Assembly: GCA_002256025.1 (NCBI GenBank)
Contig: NKIB01012722.1
Location: forward strand, 1-64,000
DNA length: 64,000 nucleotides
Origin: Asterionella formosa
Lineage: Eukaryota
Reading direction: 5' to 3'
Below, piece by piece: positions 61,901-64,000 of this stretch; the first letter of the stretch is position 1, and each line of letters starts with the position of its first letter. Under the pieces are notes generated by a model that ran no database searches, was not told the DNA's origin, and saw only the letters and a program-made list of their open reading frames with translations. Made by a program: the position numbers and the translations under genes.

Positions 61901-63120
61901 TACTTTGGTGATCATTTCGGTCACTGGATGTTCCACTTGCAAACGAGGGTTCAACTCCAAGAAGTAGAACTTGTGATCTACCGCAGAGTATAGGTATTCG
62001 ACAGTTCCAGCGTTCGTATATCCCACAGCCTTTGCGAGGGATACAGCGGCCTGCTCCATCTGGGTCCAGACTTCAGGGTCTGCAGCAATCGGTGGCCCTT
62101 CCTCGATGATCTTTTGGTGTCGACGCTGCACGGAGCAATCACGACCATTCAGAGCAACTGCGTTGCCGTATTCATCTGCCAGGAGCTGTACTTCAAGATG
62201 TCTTGACTTTTTCGATAGTTTCATGATGAAGATTGGACTCCCGGGCACTTCTCCACAGACTTGACGATAAGCGGTGAGAACGTTGTCCGGACCATCCACC
62301 ATTCGGATCCCCTTTCCTCCACCTCCCTCAGATGCTTTAATCATGACAGGGAACCCAACTCGGGAAGCCGCTTCGACAGCATCAGTCGCATTTGCTATGC
62401 TTGCCGCTTCATATGCCTCCGCTGGTAGCGATCCAGTTTCACGGCTGTAGACCGCCTTGACATGAGCTCCGTTCCAACTAATACATGGCACTCCTGCTGT
62501 TTGAGCAATAATCGTACTTCCGATCTTATCGCCAAGGGCTTGCATAGGGGGACCGGCCGGTCCGACAAACTTGATTGGTGGATTGCTCTGTGCCAGGGTA
62601 TTGGGCAGCAACGGGTTCTCGCTAGCGTGCCCCCAACCGGCCCAAACGGCATGGACACCGTGCAGTCGCGCAAGTTCGACAATCAACGTGACATTGGCAT
62701 AGTTATGATTATTTGATCCTCCAGGTACGTCCACAATGACGTCTCCCATTCGGATGTATTCCGCATTGGCTCTGTTGTTATTATTGTTGGTTAGTTCCAT
62801 GAAACCCAATTTCAGTCGCATTCTATCCGCCAAAATACTTACCGAAGATCTTCAGGGGTAGCCATGACTACGAAAGATATAGCGCGTTCATCGCCAAATA
62901 CTTCATACGCCCACCGACGGATCGACCGAATGCATTTCACCGCTGCAACGCCATTATTTGCAATCAAGATTTTCTCGATGACAAAGCCTTGGTCGCCCCC
63001 AAGCTCGGAAACGTACGCCGTAACGTCAGCGAATCTACGATGAAACGTAGAGGAGACACTGTGCGACATGCGATGCACCTTGTCGCCTTCTTCTGGCAGT
63101 CTAGCGTCGACCTCCGCCAT
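55904..63120 (-). CDS. ACC: Multidomain acetyl-CoA carboxylase, probably cytosolic (no signal peptide); introns at about 62772-62841 and 60280-60364
   Basis: [40 protein letters not shown], biotin site EVMKM, and CT motifs [17 protein letters not shown] and [12 protein letters not shown]. Confidence 0.97.
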
Positions 63121-64000
63121 GTTCACTGCTAGAAGGGACAAACGGAGAGAAATTGAGCGATTATGAAACACGATGACAAACTAGAAAACGAGAAACACGT
63201 ACATACGAAGAGGCACGCACGAGGTACGTAGCAGAGTTCCCGCCGACCCACATCAGGGTTTCTTTGGATTGTGCTCCTTAATTAATCTTATGTTGTCCTG
63301 GGAATTATCAACCTGGACAGAAGAAGAGAGCCCACGCACTTACCAGGATTGCTATCTCTCTAAACGAATAAATGATGCAGCTTCTATTGAAGTCTCGTTT
63401 TCTTTGCACCTCCTGTCCCTGTCTCGTCAGAAACGAGGCAAAGCTGTGCGTTACTCAACAGGAGTTACCAGTTGATTATTACCTTGCCCAGCAATAGTGA
63501 GCCCATATTAGTAATTAATACCGGTTTTTCATAATATTCATAAATGAATGATGCTCATATCACTTCATAAATATATGACACACAACATTGTATGTACCCG
63601 GTAGCTGACGGTGGAGTTTACCAAGTTAATGTTCAAACACTTTTACGATATTATCTACCTGGTATCCAACAATACATATTTATTCATATCCTAAGATATA
63701 TATATGCATGATGTTTGAAAGGGGAACGTGGGGTTCAAAATTTAGGATGTCAAAGACCGCATCATGCAAACAATGACGTAAGCAAGTGCGAACAATGAAT
63801 TTTGAAACTGTCAATTAAAACTGATTGTTTTCATCAAATTTGGACGGAAAAAGAGAACGATTTTGAGTTTGGAGAATATAAAGCAAAGGAGCAGCGCTAC
63901 ACCTGGAAAGCAAAATTTGCTTACTCTAGTACTCTTCTTCCTCTTGCTCACTGGTCGTTGGGATATGCTTTTTAAGCCATTTGCCCACAATTTGGTATTT

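Noticed and set aside
55904..63171. ACC split into three genes or pseudogenised
   Set aside because: The breaks coincide with GT-AG introns, and the intervening exon (about 60116-60279) is open.

Overview
This is eukaryotic nuclear DNA, most likely from a diatom or related photosynthetic stramenopile. It has short spliceosomal introns, bipartite plastid presequences with the ASAF-type motif, a nuclear plastid rpl17 and a multidomain cytosolic ACCase. About 16 host genes lie between AT-rich, transposon-filled spacers: DUF1350-like hydrolase, ankyrin protein, double GT32 glycosyltransferase, WD40 protein, FKBP, Kelch-BTB, ADCY10-like soluble cyclase with a P-loop NTPase domain, ALG13, a plastid hypothetical protein, rpl17, peroxiredoxin, two tandem SulP/SLC26-STAS-cNMP transporters, a KH protein, MSH6 and ACC. 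The best signals are missing from the ORF track. (1) An uninterrupted tyrosine-recombinase ORF (Crypton-type DNA transposon, minus strand, 919 to the window edge) is preceded by a cluster of GGTAGAAT palindromes, one with loxP/FRT-like 13-spacer-13 geometry; a decayed piece of the same element sits at 19.4 kb between exact 21-bp direct repeats. (2) A tRNA-headed SINE family has two copies with TSDs and an empty-site paralog. (3) Two inverted Copia LTRs (one solo, with TSD) bracket a four-gene cluster. (4) The SLC26 paralogs show gene-conversion-like mosaicism. (5) GGTACC micro-arrays recur upstream of many genes. All family assignments come from reading motifs by eye; no database search was run.
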